Assembly (NCBI GenBank): GCA_017521805.1
Contig: JAFXDK010000073.1
Coordinates: 13,410 to 77,409, forward strand
Direction: 5' to 3'
DNA: 64,000 bases
DNA from: Ruminococcus sp.
GTDB taxonomy: Bacteria; Bacillota; Clostridia; Oscillospirales; Ruminococcaceae
Below the pieces are notes generated by a model. It was given only the letters and a program-made list of their open reading frames with translations, had not been told where the DNA came from and made no database searches. Position numbers and translations under genes: made by a program. Of this stretch, positions 45,306-53,372 are shown piece after piece. Numbering within the stretch: position 1 is the stretch's first letter; every line of letters begins with the position of its first letter.

Positions 45306-45366
45306 TATTTTACTCCTTTTCAGCTATGCCGTACAAAGAAAAATCCTTGTACGGCATAAATGGTTT

Positions 45367-46425
45367 TTATTTCTGGAATAAACGCATAATATCGTTAAAG
45401 GTGGCAAATATCATAACACCAAACAGCAGAATCATTCCTGCAAGGTGAACATATCCCTCATGTTCAGGTTTTACTGGCTTGCGTCTGATAAGCTCAATAA
45501 AGCAGAAAAGTAATCTGCCGCCGTCAAGTCCTGGAACAGGAAGAAGATTGAATATTCCCACATTTATAGTAATAAGCGACATCATATAAAAAAGATTGAA
45601 TATCGCGTCCTCAGTGGATTCAGCCTGCTGTGTAGTCTCATTTATGGTTGTTACAACTCCCACAGGGCCTGATACTTCATCCTTACTAACTTCTCCAGTG
45701 AAAAGGGATTTAAGGGAGAGTCCCACAACATGCCCCATGGAAGCGAAAGTCTGTCCCGAATATCTTATAACATTCACAGGATTTTTTTCAAGGTAAACAA
45801 GTCCGAAATCCATTTTATCTCCTGTTTCAGAGTTATGGAAATTTACATTTTCAAGCTTGATTTTCTGACCGTCACGCTTTACAACAAGGTCATGGTCAGT
45901 ATCATTCGGGTCAAGCATAAGCATAAAATTCAGGTCAAGAACGCTGTAAACACGGGTATCATCAACTTTTATAATTATATCATCATGAAGAAGTCCCGTT
46001 TTATAGCTGTCCGCGTAGTATGTTTTTGAACCGTCATCATTGACAACTCCCGCAAATCCTCTTATCTGGGTTGTGGGAATATCAGTCATCATGCATACCA
46101 TAACCACAATGGAAATAAAACCGAGTATGAAATTCATCAGCGCACCTGCAACAAGTACAAGCATACGTTTCCAGAGCTTTGCATTTCGGAAGCTTCTGGG
46201 GTCATCTCCTGATGTATCCTCCCCCTCCATTGCGCAGTATCCTCCAACTGGAAGGGCACGCAAGGAATACATTGTCTCCCCTTTCTGCTTCTGTATAAGC
46301 TTTGGTCCCATTCCTACGGAAAACTCCAGCACCTTGATTCCGCTTAGCTTTGCACATATGAAATGACCGAATTCGTGAACTGTTACTATCAGTCCGAAAA
46401 TAATTAACGCTATTATTATACCCAT
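45367..46425 (-). CDS. rseP: RIP zinc metalloprotease RseP/RasP (site-2 protease)
   Basis: 'HEFGHF', a PDZ-like middle region and 'NLLPVPGLDGG'. Start moved to ATG 46423-46425, 6 nt after AAGGA. This removes the ORF-track overlap with dxr. Confidence 0.9.
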   Translation of the reverse strand: MGIIIALIIFGLIVTVHEFGHFICAKLSGIKVLEFSVGMGPKLIQKQKGETMYSLRALPVGGYCAMEGEDTSGDDPRSFRNAKLWKRMLVLVAGALMNFILGFISIVVMVCMMTDIPTTQIRGFAGVVNDDGSKTYYADSYKTGLLHDDIIIKVDDTRVYSVLDLNFMLMLDPNDTDHDLVVKRDGQKIKLENVNFHNSETGDKMDFGLVYLEKNPVNVIRYSGQTFASMGHVVGLSLKSLFTGEVSKDEVSGPVGVVTTINETTQQAESTEDAIFNLFYMMSLITINVGIFNLLPVPGLDGGRLLFCFIELIRRKPVKPEHEGYVHLAGMILLFGVMIFATFNDIMRLFQK

Positions 46426-46447
46426 AATTATCCTTTCAGTGAACCCA

Positions 46448-47590
46448 TTAACCAATAATGCTTCTGACGTATTCTCTTGCAGCCTTGTCTGCAACTGTTA
46501 CGTCCTCATAGCATTTTATTTCGGTATAAGGGAATTTTTCAAGTACAGAAGAAACAATTTCGCCTATCTGCACAAACTGTATTTCATCATTGAGAAATGC
46601 TCTTACAGCCTCCTCGTTGGCTGAATTAACAAGACAGGGATATGCTCCGCCTCTTGAAATAGCCTCAATTGCGGCACCGAGGCATTTGAATGTTTTGCTG
46701 TCAGGTTCCGCAAAAGTGAGTGTTCCGTAATCCGTAAGGGAAAGAGGCTTTGTGGGACACTCAACTCTTTCTGGATAAAGGAGAGAATACTGTATCGGGA
46801 TTTTCATATCGGGAACGCCAAGCTGAGCAATTACAGCAAAATCCTTGTATTCAACAGCGGAATGTATAACGCTCTGACGATGTACAACTATTTCAATCTG
46901 CTTGGGTTCAAGGTCGAAAAGCCACTTTGCTTCAATGAATTCAAGTCCCTTGTTCATAAGAGTTGCTGAATCTATGGTAATCTTATTACCCATATCCCAG
47001 TTGGGATGCTTAAGAGCGTCCGCCTTTGTGACATTTTTCAGCTGTTCATAGGAATATCCATAAAAAGGTCCTCCCGAAGCTGTCAGGATAATCTTATTCA
47101 CCTGTTCAGGCTTATTCCCCTGCAAGCACTGGAATATAGCCGAATGTTCACTATCCACGGGATATATCTTCACACCCTTTTCCTTTGCAAGAGATGTTAC
47201 AAGCGCGCCGCCTGCAACAAGAGTTTCCTTGTTTGCAAGAGCAATATCCTTGCCTGCATTAATAGCAGTAAGAGTTGGCAAAAGTCCAACCATGCCCACA
47301 ACGGAATTGAGAACAATATCATTTTCCTCCAGTGCGGCAATACGGCACAAGCCCTCCATGCCGCAGAGAACAATTATATCAGTATCTGCAAGGCGATTTC
47401 TCAGCTCAATGTATTTGTCCTCACAGTAAATACACACGTATTTCGGACGGAATTTTCTCGCCTGTTCTTCAAGCATATCAATGCTGCTGTGGGCGGCAAG
47501 AGCAATTATTTCAAGTCCGTGTTTTTCGCAGACTTCTATGGACTGAGTACCTATAGAACCTGTTGAGCCTAATATTGAAACTCTTTTCAT
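46448..47590 (-). CDS. dxr: 1-deoxy-D-xylulose 5-phosphate reductoisomerase
   Basis: 'ILGSTGSIGTQ', 'LANKE.LV', 'PVDSEHSAIFQ', 'LTASGGPF' and 'HPNW.MG.KITIDSAT..NKG'. Confidence 0.96.
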   Translation of the reverse strand: MKRVSILGSTGSIGTQSIEVCEKHGLEIIALAAHSSIDMLEEQARKFRPKYVCIYCEDKYIELRNRLADTDIIVLCGMEGLCRIAALEENDIVLNSVVGMVGLLPTLTAINAGKDIALANKETLVAGGALVTSLAKEKGVKIYPVDSEHSAIFQCLQGNKPEQVNKIILTASGGPFYGYSYEQLKNVTKADALKHPNWDMGNKITIDSATLMNKGLEFIEAKWLFDLEPKQIEIVVHRQSVIHSAVEYKDFAVIAQLGVPDMKIPIQYSLLYPERVECPTKPLSLTDYGTLTFAEPDSKTFKCLGAAIEAISRGGAYPCLVNSANEEAVRAFLNDEIQFVQIGEIVSSVLEKFPYTEIKCYEDVTVADKAAREYVRSIIG

Positions 47591-47640
47591 TTATTATTAC
47601 TCCTTTGTATACGGTTATCCCAAATATATGAAAAAATCTT

Positions 47641-47678
47641 CCATAAAATACGAAAGGCAACCACAGTCGCCTTTCGTA
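47641..47678 (-). terminator. Intrinsic terminator-like hairpin between cdsA and dxr
   Basis: 10-bp stem tacgaaaggc (47649-47658) with gcctttcgta (47669-47678). On the minus strand it is followed by ttttatgg. Confidence 0.6.
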
Positions 47679-47680
47679 CT

Positions 47681-48568
47681 TTATAATATGTTTAAATTAT
47701 TAGCTATAGTTATAAGGCAGTAAAATGTGGGAAGCACAAAAAGAACACTGTCAAAACGATCCATAAGTCCGCCGTGACCAGGCATAATTTTTCCGTAATC
47801 CTTAAAACCTATCTGACGCTTTATCATGGAAGCTGTGAGGTCTCCCACCGTTCCTATAACAGCGCAGAACATACCAGTAACAGCAACAGCAATATAGCTG
47901 CCAATAGCCTCTTTCATAGGATTATTAGCAATCATATTATTGTACACTGCAAAGCAGGCAACAAAAACAACCGCTGTAGAAATTATACCACCGATAAAGC
48001 CTTCAATTGTCTTTTTCGGGCTTATTTCAGGACAAAGTTTGTGCTTGCCGATAGCCACGCCTGTGAAATACGCACCTGAATCCGCAATCCATGCACCGCA
48101 TAAACCAAGCACAAGGAAAAATACTCCATGATTCGGGTTATCACGGTCAATACGAACCATTGTGCTCATAGCATTGGGAACAAGTATTATTGCTGCAATT
48201 GCAAAGAATATCTGTTCATAACGTATTTTTTTATGCTGATTAAGCCATATTACAAATACACCGAAACAGCATACCAAAGCAATTAAGAAAAGTATTATAC
48301 CGCGGTTTTCTCTGTACTCTGCAAAAGTCAGCGGAGATGAAATCATACTGTATCTTGGGCTGTAAATAAATGGAACAGTAATTCCGTAAGTAAATGCAGC
48401 AACAAGAATCGCAATGCTCTTTTCAAGCTTTACTGCACGGAGAAGCTCGTACAACATAATGACGATTATACCGGCAGTTACAAAGGGCAGAACAAAAGTC
48501 TTGTGAAGTATCAGCATGGAAACCATGATGACAATACCCACTGCCGCTGAAATTAAACGTGTAGCCAT
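47681..48568 (-). CDS. cdsA: Phosphatidate cytidylyltransferase
   Basis: Polytopic protein. C-terminal signature 'SMIKRQ.G.KDYG..MPGHGG..DRFDS'. Start at ATG 48566-48568, 1 nt after the uppS stop, with GGAGGTG upstream. Confidence 0.92.
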   Translation of the reverse strand: MATRLISAAVGIVIMVSMLILHKTFVLPFVTAGIIVIMLYELLRAVKLEKSIAILVAAFTYGITVPFIYSPRYSMISSPLTFAEYRENRGIILFLIALVCCFGVFVIWLNQHKKIRYEQIFFAIAAIILVPNAMSTMVRIDRDNPNHGVFFLVLGLCGAWIADSGAYFTGVAIGKHKLCPEISPKKTIEGFIGGIISTAVVFVACFAVYNNMIANNPMKEAIGSYIAVAVTGMFCAVIGTVGDLTASMIKRQIGFKDYGKIMPGHGGLMDRFDSVLFVLPTFYCLITIANNLNIL

Positions 48569-48569
48569 T

Positions 48570-49304
48570 TCATACACCTCCGAAACGACGATTCCGTCTG
48601 CCAAACTCAATCAATGCCTTATCAAGCTCAGCAGGTGTAAAATCAGGCCATAAAATATCTGTGAAATAGTATTCAGCGTATGCACACTGCCATATAAGAT
48701 AATTTGAAAGGCGCATTTCACCCGAAGGACGAATTACAAGGTCAACATCAGGAATTCCTTTAGTGTAAAGCTCATCAGAAATTGACTGCTCCGTTATATC
48801 CTCAGGCTTAATTTCGCCGTTTACAGCTTTTTGAGCAAGTATTCTTGCCGCATGAGCAAGCTCATCTCTGCCGCCGTAGTTCACAGCCATCATAAGCGTC
48901 ATTTCCGTATAATGCGCTGTATCCTCCTCCAGCTTAATCATTTTCTGCTGTAAATCCTCATCAAATGCGGATTTATCACCAAGGAAAATCATACGTGTAT
49001 TTTCGCTGAGGAAGTTGCGGACATCTACGATATATTCGCGGAAAAGCTCCATAATGGTGTTGACTTCATCGTCAGGACGCTGCCAGTTTTCAGTTGAAAA
49101 GGCATAGAAAGATATATTCTTCAAGCCAATATCCTTGCAGTAGCGGACGATTTTCTTGAAGTTTTTAGCGCCCTCCTTATGGCCGAAAGGGCGGGGCAGA
49201 CCTCTTTTTTTTGCCCATCTGCCATTGCCGTCCATGATAAATCCTACGTGCTGCGGAAGCTCCGTTGGCAGAGTTAAATTTTCTTTTTTACCAAAGATAG
49301 CCAT
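48570..49304 (-). CDS. uppS: Isoprenyl transferase (undecaprenyl diphosphate synthase)
   Basis: 'H.GFIMDGNGRWA', 'FSTENW.RP..EV', 'RPSGE.R.SN.L.WQ..YAE'. Confidence 0.96.
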   Translation of the reverse strand: MAIFGKKENLTLPTELPQHVGFIMDGNGRWAKKRGLPRPFGHKEGAKNFKKIVRYCKDIGLKNISFYAFSTENWQRPDDEVNTIMELFREYIVDVRNFLSENTRMIFLGDKSAFDEDLQQKMIKLEEDTAHYTEMTLMMAVNYGGRDELAHAARILAQKAVNGEIKPEDITEQSISDELYTKGIPDVDLVIRPSGEMRLSNYLIWQCAYAEYYFTDILWPDFTPAELDKALIEFGRRNRRFGGV

Positions 49305-49313
49305 AATCCACCG

Positions 49314-49868
49314 TTAAACCGTCATGATTTCCTTTTCCTTGGCAGCTACAGCCTTATCAGCGTCAGCACAGAACTTATCTGTAAGGTCTTGTACCTTCTT
49401 CTCACAATCCTTGAGGTCATCCTCAGTGATTTCGGAATTCTTCTTCATAGCCTTGAGTTTATCCATAGTATCACGGCGGATAGAACGAACAGCAACCTTG
49501 CAGTCCTCGCCATATTTCTTAATGCTCTTGCAGAGCTCCTTACGTCTTTCCTCCGTAAGCTGTGGGAAAGCAAGACGAAGCACATTTCCGTCATTTGTGG
49601 GGTTGATACCGATATCAGAAGCCTGAATAGCCTTCTCAATAAGCTTAAGTGAGGATTTATCCCATGGCTGAATAACGAGTATTCTTGCCTCTGAAACAGA
49701 AATAGCAGCCATCTGGTTTACAGGTGTAGGTGAGCCGTAATAATCTACCATAACTTTGTCGAGAACAGCAGGATTTGCACGACCTGCACGAACAGCGGCA
49801 AACTCCTTATCGAGAGCGTTAAGGCTCTTTGTCATTTTTTCCTTTGCATGATTAATTGTTTCTTTCAT
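49314..49868 (-). CDS. frr: Ribosome recycling factor
   Basis: 184 aa. 'RAGRANP..LD.V.V.YYG..TP..Q.A.IS..E.R...I.PWD' and 'P..TEERRKEL.K'. Confidence 0.97.
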   Translation of the reverse strand: MKETINHAKEKMTKSLNALDKEFAAVRAGRANPAVLDKVMVDYYGSPTPVNQMAAISVSEARILVIQPWDKSSLKLIEKAIQASDIGINPTNDGNVLRLAFPQLTEERRKELCKSIKKYGEDCKVAVRSIRRDTMDKLKAMKKNSEITEDDLKDCEKKVQDLTDKFCADADKAVAAKEKEIMTV

Positions 49869-49913
49869 TTGAAATCATTCCTTTCGTTTATATAAATAAT
49901 ATATTTGTGATAA

Positions 49914-50624
49914 TTAATCCTCTGATACTACAGTACCGATATTTGCGCCCATAACAGCATCGTAGATATTATCGGGGCGGCTGAGGTCGAATACAAGCAT
50001 TTTCTTGTTGTTATCACGGCACATAGCAGCCGCTGTGGAATCCATAACAGCAAGGCCATCGCCGATAACCTGTGAGAATGTAAGCTTTTCGTACTTCTTA
50101 GCATCTTCATACTTGTGGGGATCCTTATCGTATACACCGTCAACAAGAGTTGCTTTGAGGAAAATATCAGCCTCAATTTCGCTTGCACGGAGAGAAGCGG
50201 CAGTATCTGTTGAGAAGAAAGGATTACCTGTACCACAGCCGAAAATAACAACTCTGCCCTTTTCCATATGACGAACTGCACGATTGCGGATATATGGCTC
50301 TGCCACAGCTTGCATAGCAATGGCAGTCTGTACACGAACTTCACAGCCGAGGGATTCGAGAACATCTGCAACAGCAAGAGCGTTCATGGCAGTTGCGAGC
50401 ATACCAATGTGGTCTGCGCGAGTTCTGTCCATAGCACCGCTTGAACGGCCTCTCCAGAAGTTTCCACCGCCCACAACGATAGCAACCTGAACACCTGCGT
50501 CAACTACTTTTTTTATACTTGTGCAGATATCAGTAATAACGTCGTAATTCAGACCGCTTTTCTTATCGCCTGCAAGGGCTTCACCGCTAAGCTTTAATAA
50601 TATTCTCTTATAAACTGGTTCCAT
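49914..50624 (-). CDS. pyrH: UMP kinase
   Basis: '[13 protein letters not shown]', 'VVGGGN..RG', 'DTAA.LRA.E'. Start at ATG 50622-50624, 6 nt after GAGGTG. The ORF-track GTG start lies inside the RBS. Confidence 0.95.
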   Translation of the reverse strand: MEPVYKRILLKLSGEALAGDKKSGLNYDVITDICTSIKKVVDAGVQVAIVVGGGNFWRGRSSGAMDRTRADHIGMLATAMNALAVADVLESLGCEVRVQTAIAMQAVAEPYIRNRAVRHMEKGRVVIFGCGTGNPFFSTDTAASLRASEIEADIFLKATLVDGVYDKDPHKYEDAKKYEKLTFSQVIGDGLAVMDSTAAAMCRDNNKKMLVFDLSRPDNIYDAVMGANIGTVVSED

Positions 50625-50892
50625 AGTTTGCACCTCTTTGATATAAAACTTCTTAACCTATAAGCAATAATTTCCTGCAAGGAAATATCCCATTTCGCCT
50701 TTTGGACAAATGGACGCTCACTATATATATTTTACACTAAAAACACCTTTCTGTAAAGTATATTTTCCAAATTTAACTTTATTTTATTTTTTTAACTTTA
50801 ATCCTGATTGCATTTTTACCGTAAAAATCATATTTCGTTATATTAAACAAATTTGTTGAAAATTATTTGTATATTTTTTTGTTATTTTTTTC

Positions 50893-50921
50893 TTGACATT
50901 TTCCCACAGCCGTGGTATAAT
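50893..50921 (+). promoter_or_regulatory. Consensus SigA promoter of the tRNA-Ser pair
   Basis: TTGACA (50893-50898), 17-nt spacer, TGgTATAAT (hexamer 50916-50921). An A/T-rich UP-like tract lies upstream. Confidence 0.7.
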
Positions 50922-50966
50922 AATAAAGCTGAAACGCGAGAGTGAAAATTCAGCTGATTAAAAAAT

Positions 50967-51055
50967 GGAGAGGTATCGAAGCGGTCATAACGAGGCGGTC
51001 TTGAAAACCGTTTGACTTAACGGTCACGTGGGTTCGAATCCCACCCTCTCCGCCA
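50967..51055 (+). tRNA. tRNA-Ser (anticodon TGA), CCA encoded
   Basis: GGAGAGG acceptor stem. Anticodon stem-loop GCGGT-CTTGAAA-ACCGT. Long variable arm. T-arm GTGGG-TTCGAAT-CCCAC. Confidence 0.9.
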
Positions 51056-51084
51056 ATTTATTTTCGGCGATTTTTCGTCGGTTT

Positions 51085-51174
51085 GCGGATTTACCCAAGT
51101 GGTGAAGGGGCTCCCCTGCTAAGGGAGTAGGTCGGGAAACCGGCGCGAGAGTTCAAATCTCTCAATCCGCGCCA
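51085..51174 (+). tRNA. tRNA-Ser (anticodon GCT), CCA encoded
   Basis: GCGGATT acceptor stem. Anticodon stem-loop CTCCC-CTGCTAA-GGGAG. Long variable arm. T-arm GAGAG-TTCAAAT-CTCTC. Confidence 0.9.
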
Positions 51175-51194
51175 TCTAATTTAATAGATGTATT

Positions 51195-51229
51195 GATAAC
51201 CCTTGATTGATTCAAGGGTTATCTTTTTA
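51195..51229 (+). terminator. Intrinsic terminator after the tRNA-Ser pair
   Basis: 12-bp stem gataacccttga / tcaagggttatc, followed by ttttt. It overlaps the ORF-track N-terminal extension of rnz. Confidence 0.8.
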
Positions 51230-51247
51230 TATGAAAGTAGGTGTATT

Positions 51248-52150
51248 ATGATAAACGTAACACTTGTTGGAACAGGAGGCATGCTCCCCCTCCCTGACCG
51301 CTGGCTTGCAAGTATGTGGCTGGAATATAACGGAAAAGCCTGCCTCATCGACTGCGGCGAGGGTACACAGATAGCCATAAATCAACACAAATTAAAGCTT
51401 AGTCACCTTGATATCCTGCTTATTACACACACTCACGCCGACCATATATCAGGTCTGCCGGGACTTCTTCTTTCACTAGGCAACTGCGGCAAAACCGATA
51501 CCCTGAAAATATATAGTCATGAGGGAATAAAGCACATTATCCGACAGCTACTATGTATCTGCCCTGTGCTCCCTTTTGAAATCGAAATACACGAATTACC
51601 ACTGAACGAAATATCTCATTTCATGTGGAACGATATCGTAATATTCTCCATGCCGCTCGACCACAGCATTAACTGCCTTGGCTATTCATTTGTTCTGAAC
51701 CGCAAACCCATTTTCGCTCCCGAAAAGGCGAAAAGTCTCGGAATCGATGTGAAATACTGGAAACAGCTTCATTCAGGAGAATCAGTCACCATTGGCAACA
51801 GAACTATAACCTCGAATATGGTAACAGCAGAAAGCCGTCCTCCCATTAAGGTAACTTATATATCTGATACACGATATTTCACAGACCTTGCCGATTTCGC
51901 CGCAAATTCAGATTTACTTGTCTGCGAGGGTATGTACGGTGACGATGAATATATCGAAAAAATGAAAGAAAAGGGGCATATGGTCTTTTCGCAAAGTGCT
52001 GAAATCGCCAAAAAGTCCAATTCTAAAGATTTATGGCTTACACATTACAGCCCAGCACTAACAAATCCCGATGATTATGCAAAAAACATACGCAGCATTT
52101 TCAAAAATACAACCATAAGCCGCGACGGAGAATCAATTATTCTGAAATAA
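51248..52150 (+). CDS. rnz: Ribonuclease Z (MBL-fold tRNA 3' endonuclease)
   Basis: 'LVGTGGMLP', 'LIDCGEGTQ' and 'LITHTHADHISGLPGLL'. Start at ATG 51248, 6 nt after AGGTG. Confidence 0.8.
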   Translation: MINVTLVGTGGMLPLPDRWLASMWLEYNGKACLIDCGEGTQIAINQHKLKLSHLDILLITHTHADHISGLPGLLLSLGNCGKTDTLKIYSHEGIKHIIRQLLCICPVLPFEIEIHELPLNEISHFMWNDIVIFSMPLDHSINCLGYSFVLNRKPIFAPEKAKSLGIDVKYWKQLHSGESVTIGNRTITSNMVTAESRPPIKVTYISDTRYFTDLADFAANSDLLVCEGMYGDDEYIEKMKEKGHMVFSQSAEIAKKSNSKDLWLTHYSPALTNPDDYAKNIRSIFKNTTISRDGESIILK

Positions 52151-52152
52151 TC

Positions 52153-52181
52153 TTGACAAACAGATGAATATATGATATAAT
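52153..52181 (+). promoter_or_regulatory. Consensus SigA promoter of the cobalamin-riboswitch transcript
   Basis: TTGACA (52153-52158), 17-nt spacer, TGaTATAAT (hexamer 52176-52181). Confidence 0.7.
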
Positions 52182-52187
52182 TTAAAA

Positions 52188-52362
52188 GTAAAAATAAGGG
52201 AAGTCGGGTGAGAATCCCGCGCAGTCACGCTACCGTGTTGCGCCGTATGAGCGCTAAGTCGGGTCGCTTCATTGACTACAGTTTACGAGCGATGAACTGT
52301 AGTTTATTTGTTATGCAAAAATCGCTCTCCGTGTATATTTTTTATACCTCGGAGAGTTTTTT
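52188..52362 (+). promoter_or_regulatory. Cobalamin (B12) riboswitch with terminator expression platform
   Basis: The core 'AAGGGAAGUCGGGUGAGAAUCCCGCGCAGUCACGCUACCGUG' closely matches the conserved cobalamin-riboswitch core (GGGAA..GGUG.GAAUCC..GC.G.C.CGC.AC.GU). A B12-box-like 'AAGUCGGGUCGC' follows. The terminator is ctctccg (52325-52331) with cggagag (52350-52356) plus T6. A candidate antiterminator pairs gagcgat (52287-52293) with atcgctc (52321-52327). The downstream genes are B12-associated. Confidence 0.7.
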
Positions 52363-52419
52363 CGTAGTGCCTGTGTACTTTTTGTCTTTGACTTCCCGTT
52401 AAATGAAAGGAATTTTTTT

Positions 52420-52836
52420 ATGGAAAAGAAGTCAAACACTAAAAAGATCGTTATTAGTATTGCAGGCGTCCTGATACTTGCACTTCTCTGCATTGGATTG
52501 TGGTTTCTGCGCGAATCCACAAAAAAGAATGCTATAGAGGGCGAAAAGTCCATTACAGTACAGATTAAATCCGAAAGAGATAATTATAATTTCGAGCAGA
52601 AATACACTACGGACGAAGAATACCTTGGAAACTTCCTTGAAAGTGAAAAACTCATCGGATTTGAAACATCTGATTATGGCAGATTCATAAAATCTGCAAA
52701 AGGCTTTGAAGCTAACGATGAGGAACAATCATGGTGGTGTATCATGGTAAACGGCGAATCCGCCGTTACAGGAGTTGATGAAATCGTTATAGAAGACGGA
52801 GATGCTTATCTCCTCGAACTGAAAATCGGATGGTAA
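52420..52836 (+). CDS. Membrane-anchored DUF4430 (transcobalamin-like C-terminal domain) protein
   Basis: N-terminal TM helix. 'WWCIMVNGESAVTGVDEIVIEDGDAYLLELKIGW' is typical of DUF4430. It lies downstream of the B12 riboswitch. Confidence 0.75.
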   Translation: MEKKSNTKKIVISIAGVLILALLCIGLWFLRESTKKNAIEGEKSITVQIKSERDNYNFEQKYTTDEEYLGNFLESEKLIGFETSDYGRFIKSAKGFEANDEEQSWWCIMVNGESAVTGVDEIVIEDGDAYLLELKIGW

Positions 52837-53339
52837 AGCACAAAAAAATTCTCCGACTGACGCGCATCGCACTTCTCGGTGCAACTCTCTATGTTGCGCA
52901 GATTTCGCTGGCATTTCTGCCTAATATAGAGCTTGTTACGTTGCTTATCGTGGTATTCACCAAAAATCTCGGAAAAGACGGAATCTCAGCCTGTTTTATT
53001 TATGTGTGGCTGAATTTGTTTTCCGCAGGATTTGGTCTGTGGTGGGCGACCTATCTTGTTGTATGGCCATTATTCGCTCTATTGGTATACAAACTGCGGA
53101 AAATCGACAGCTGGCTGATATGGGCAGTAATAAACGGCGGATTCGGACTATGTTTCGGTGCACTTTTTGCTCTGCCCTATATTTTCATATCCCCAACATA
53201 TGCACTTAGTTACTGGCTTGGAGGTATAAGCTTTGATATAGTCCATTGCATCAGCAATTTCACAGCCGCAATAGTTCTTGGCAAACCGCTGGATATAGCT
53301 ATGAAACGGGTCATCCGCAACATGAAAAATATAAGATAA
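52830..53339 (+). CDS. ECF-transporter S component (candidate cobalamin-specific, CbrT-like)
   Basis: 169 aa with about 6 TM helices. It overlaps the DUF4430 gene (ATGGTAA). No EcfA/A'/T genes are in the window. Confidence 0.65.
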   Translation: MVKHKKILRLTRIALLGATLYVAQISLAFLPNIELVTLLIVVFTKNLGKDGISACFIYVWLNLFSAGFGLWWATYLVVWPLFALLVYKLRKIDSWLIWAVINGGFGLCFGALFALPYIFISPTYALSYWLGGISFDIVHCISNFTAAIVLGKPLDIAMKRVIRNMKNIR

Positions 53340-53370
53340 AAGAGGACGGCTCAAACCGTCCTCTTTGTTG
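53338..53370. terminator. Bidirectional terminator between the ECF-S gene and the GGDEF gene
   Basis: 11-bp stem aaagaggacgg / ccgtcctcttt. Confidence 0.75.
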
Positions 53371-53372
53371 TA

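Noticed and set aside
51203-51247. ORF-track N-terminal extension of rnz, and similar extensions of addB, hisA, hisC, hisZ, pyrH, rseP, cdsA, smpB, ribH, the ABC-F gene, the CotH gene, the PocR gene and the Spo0A_C gene
   Set aside because: The extensions start at GTG or TTG codons inside SD sequences, overlap terminators or upstream genes, or precede predicted TSSs. Internal ATGs have canonical SD spacing and conserved protein N-termini.
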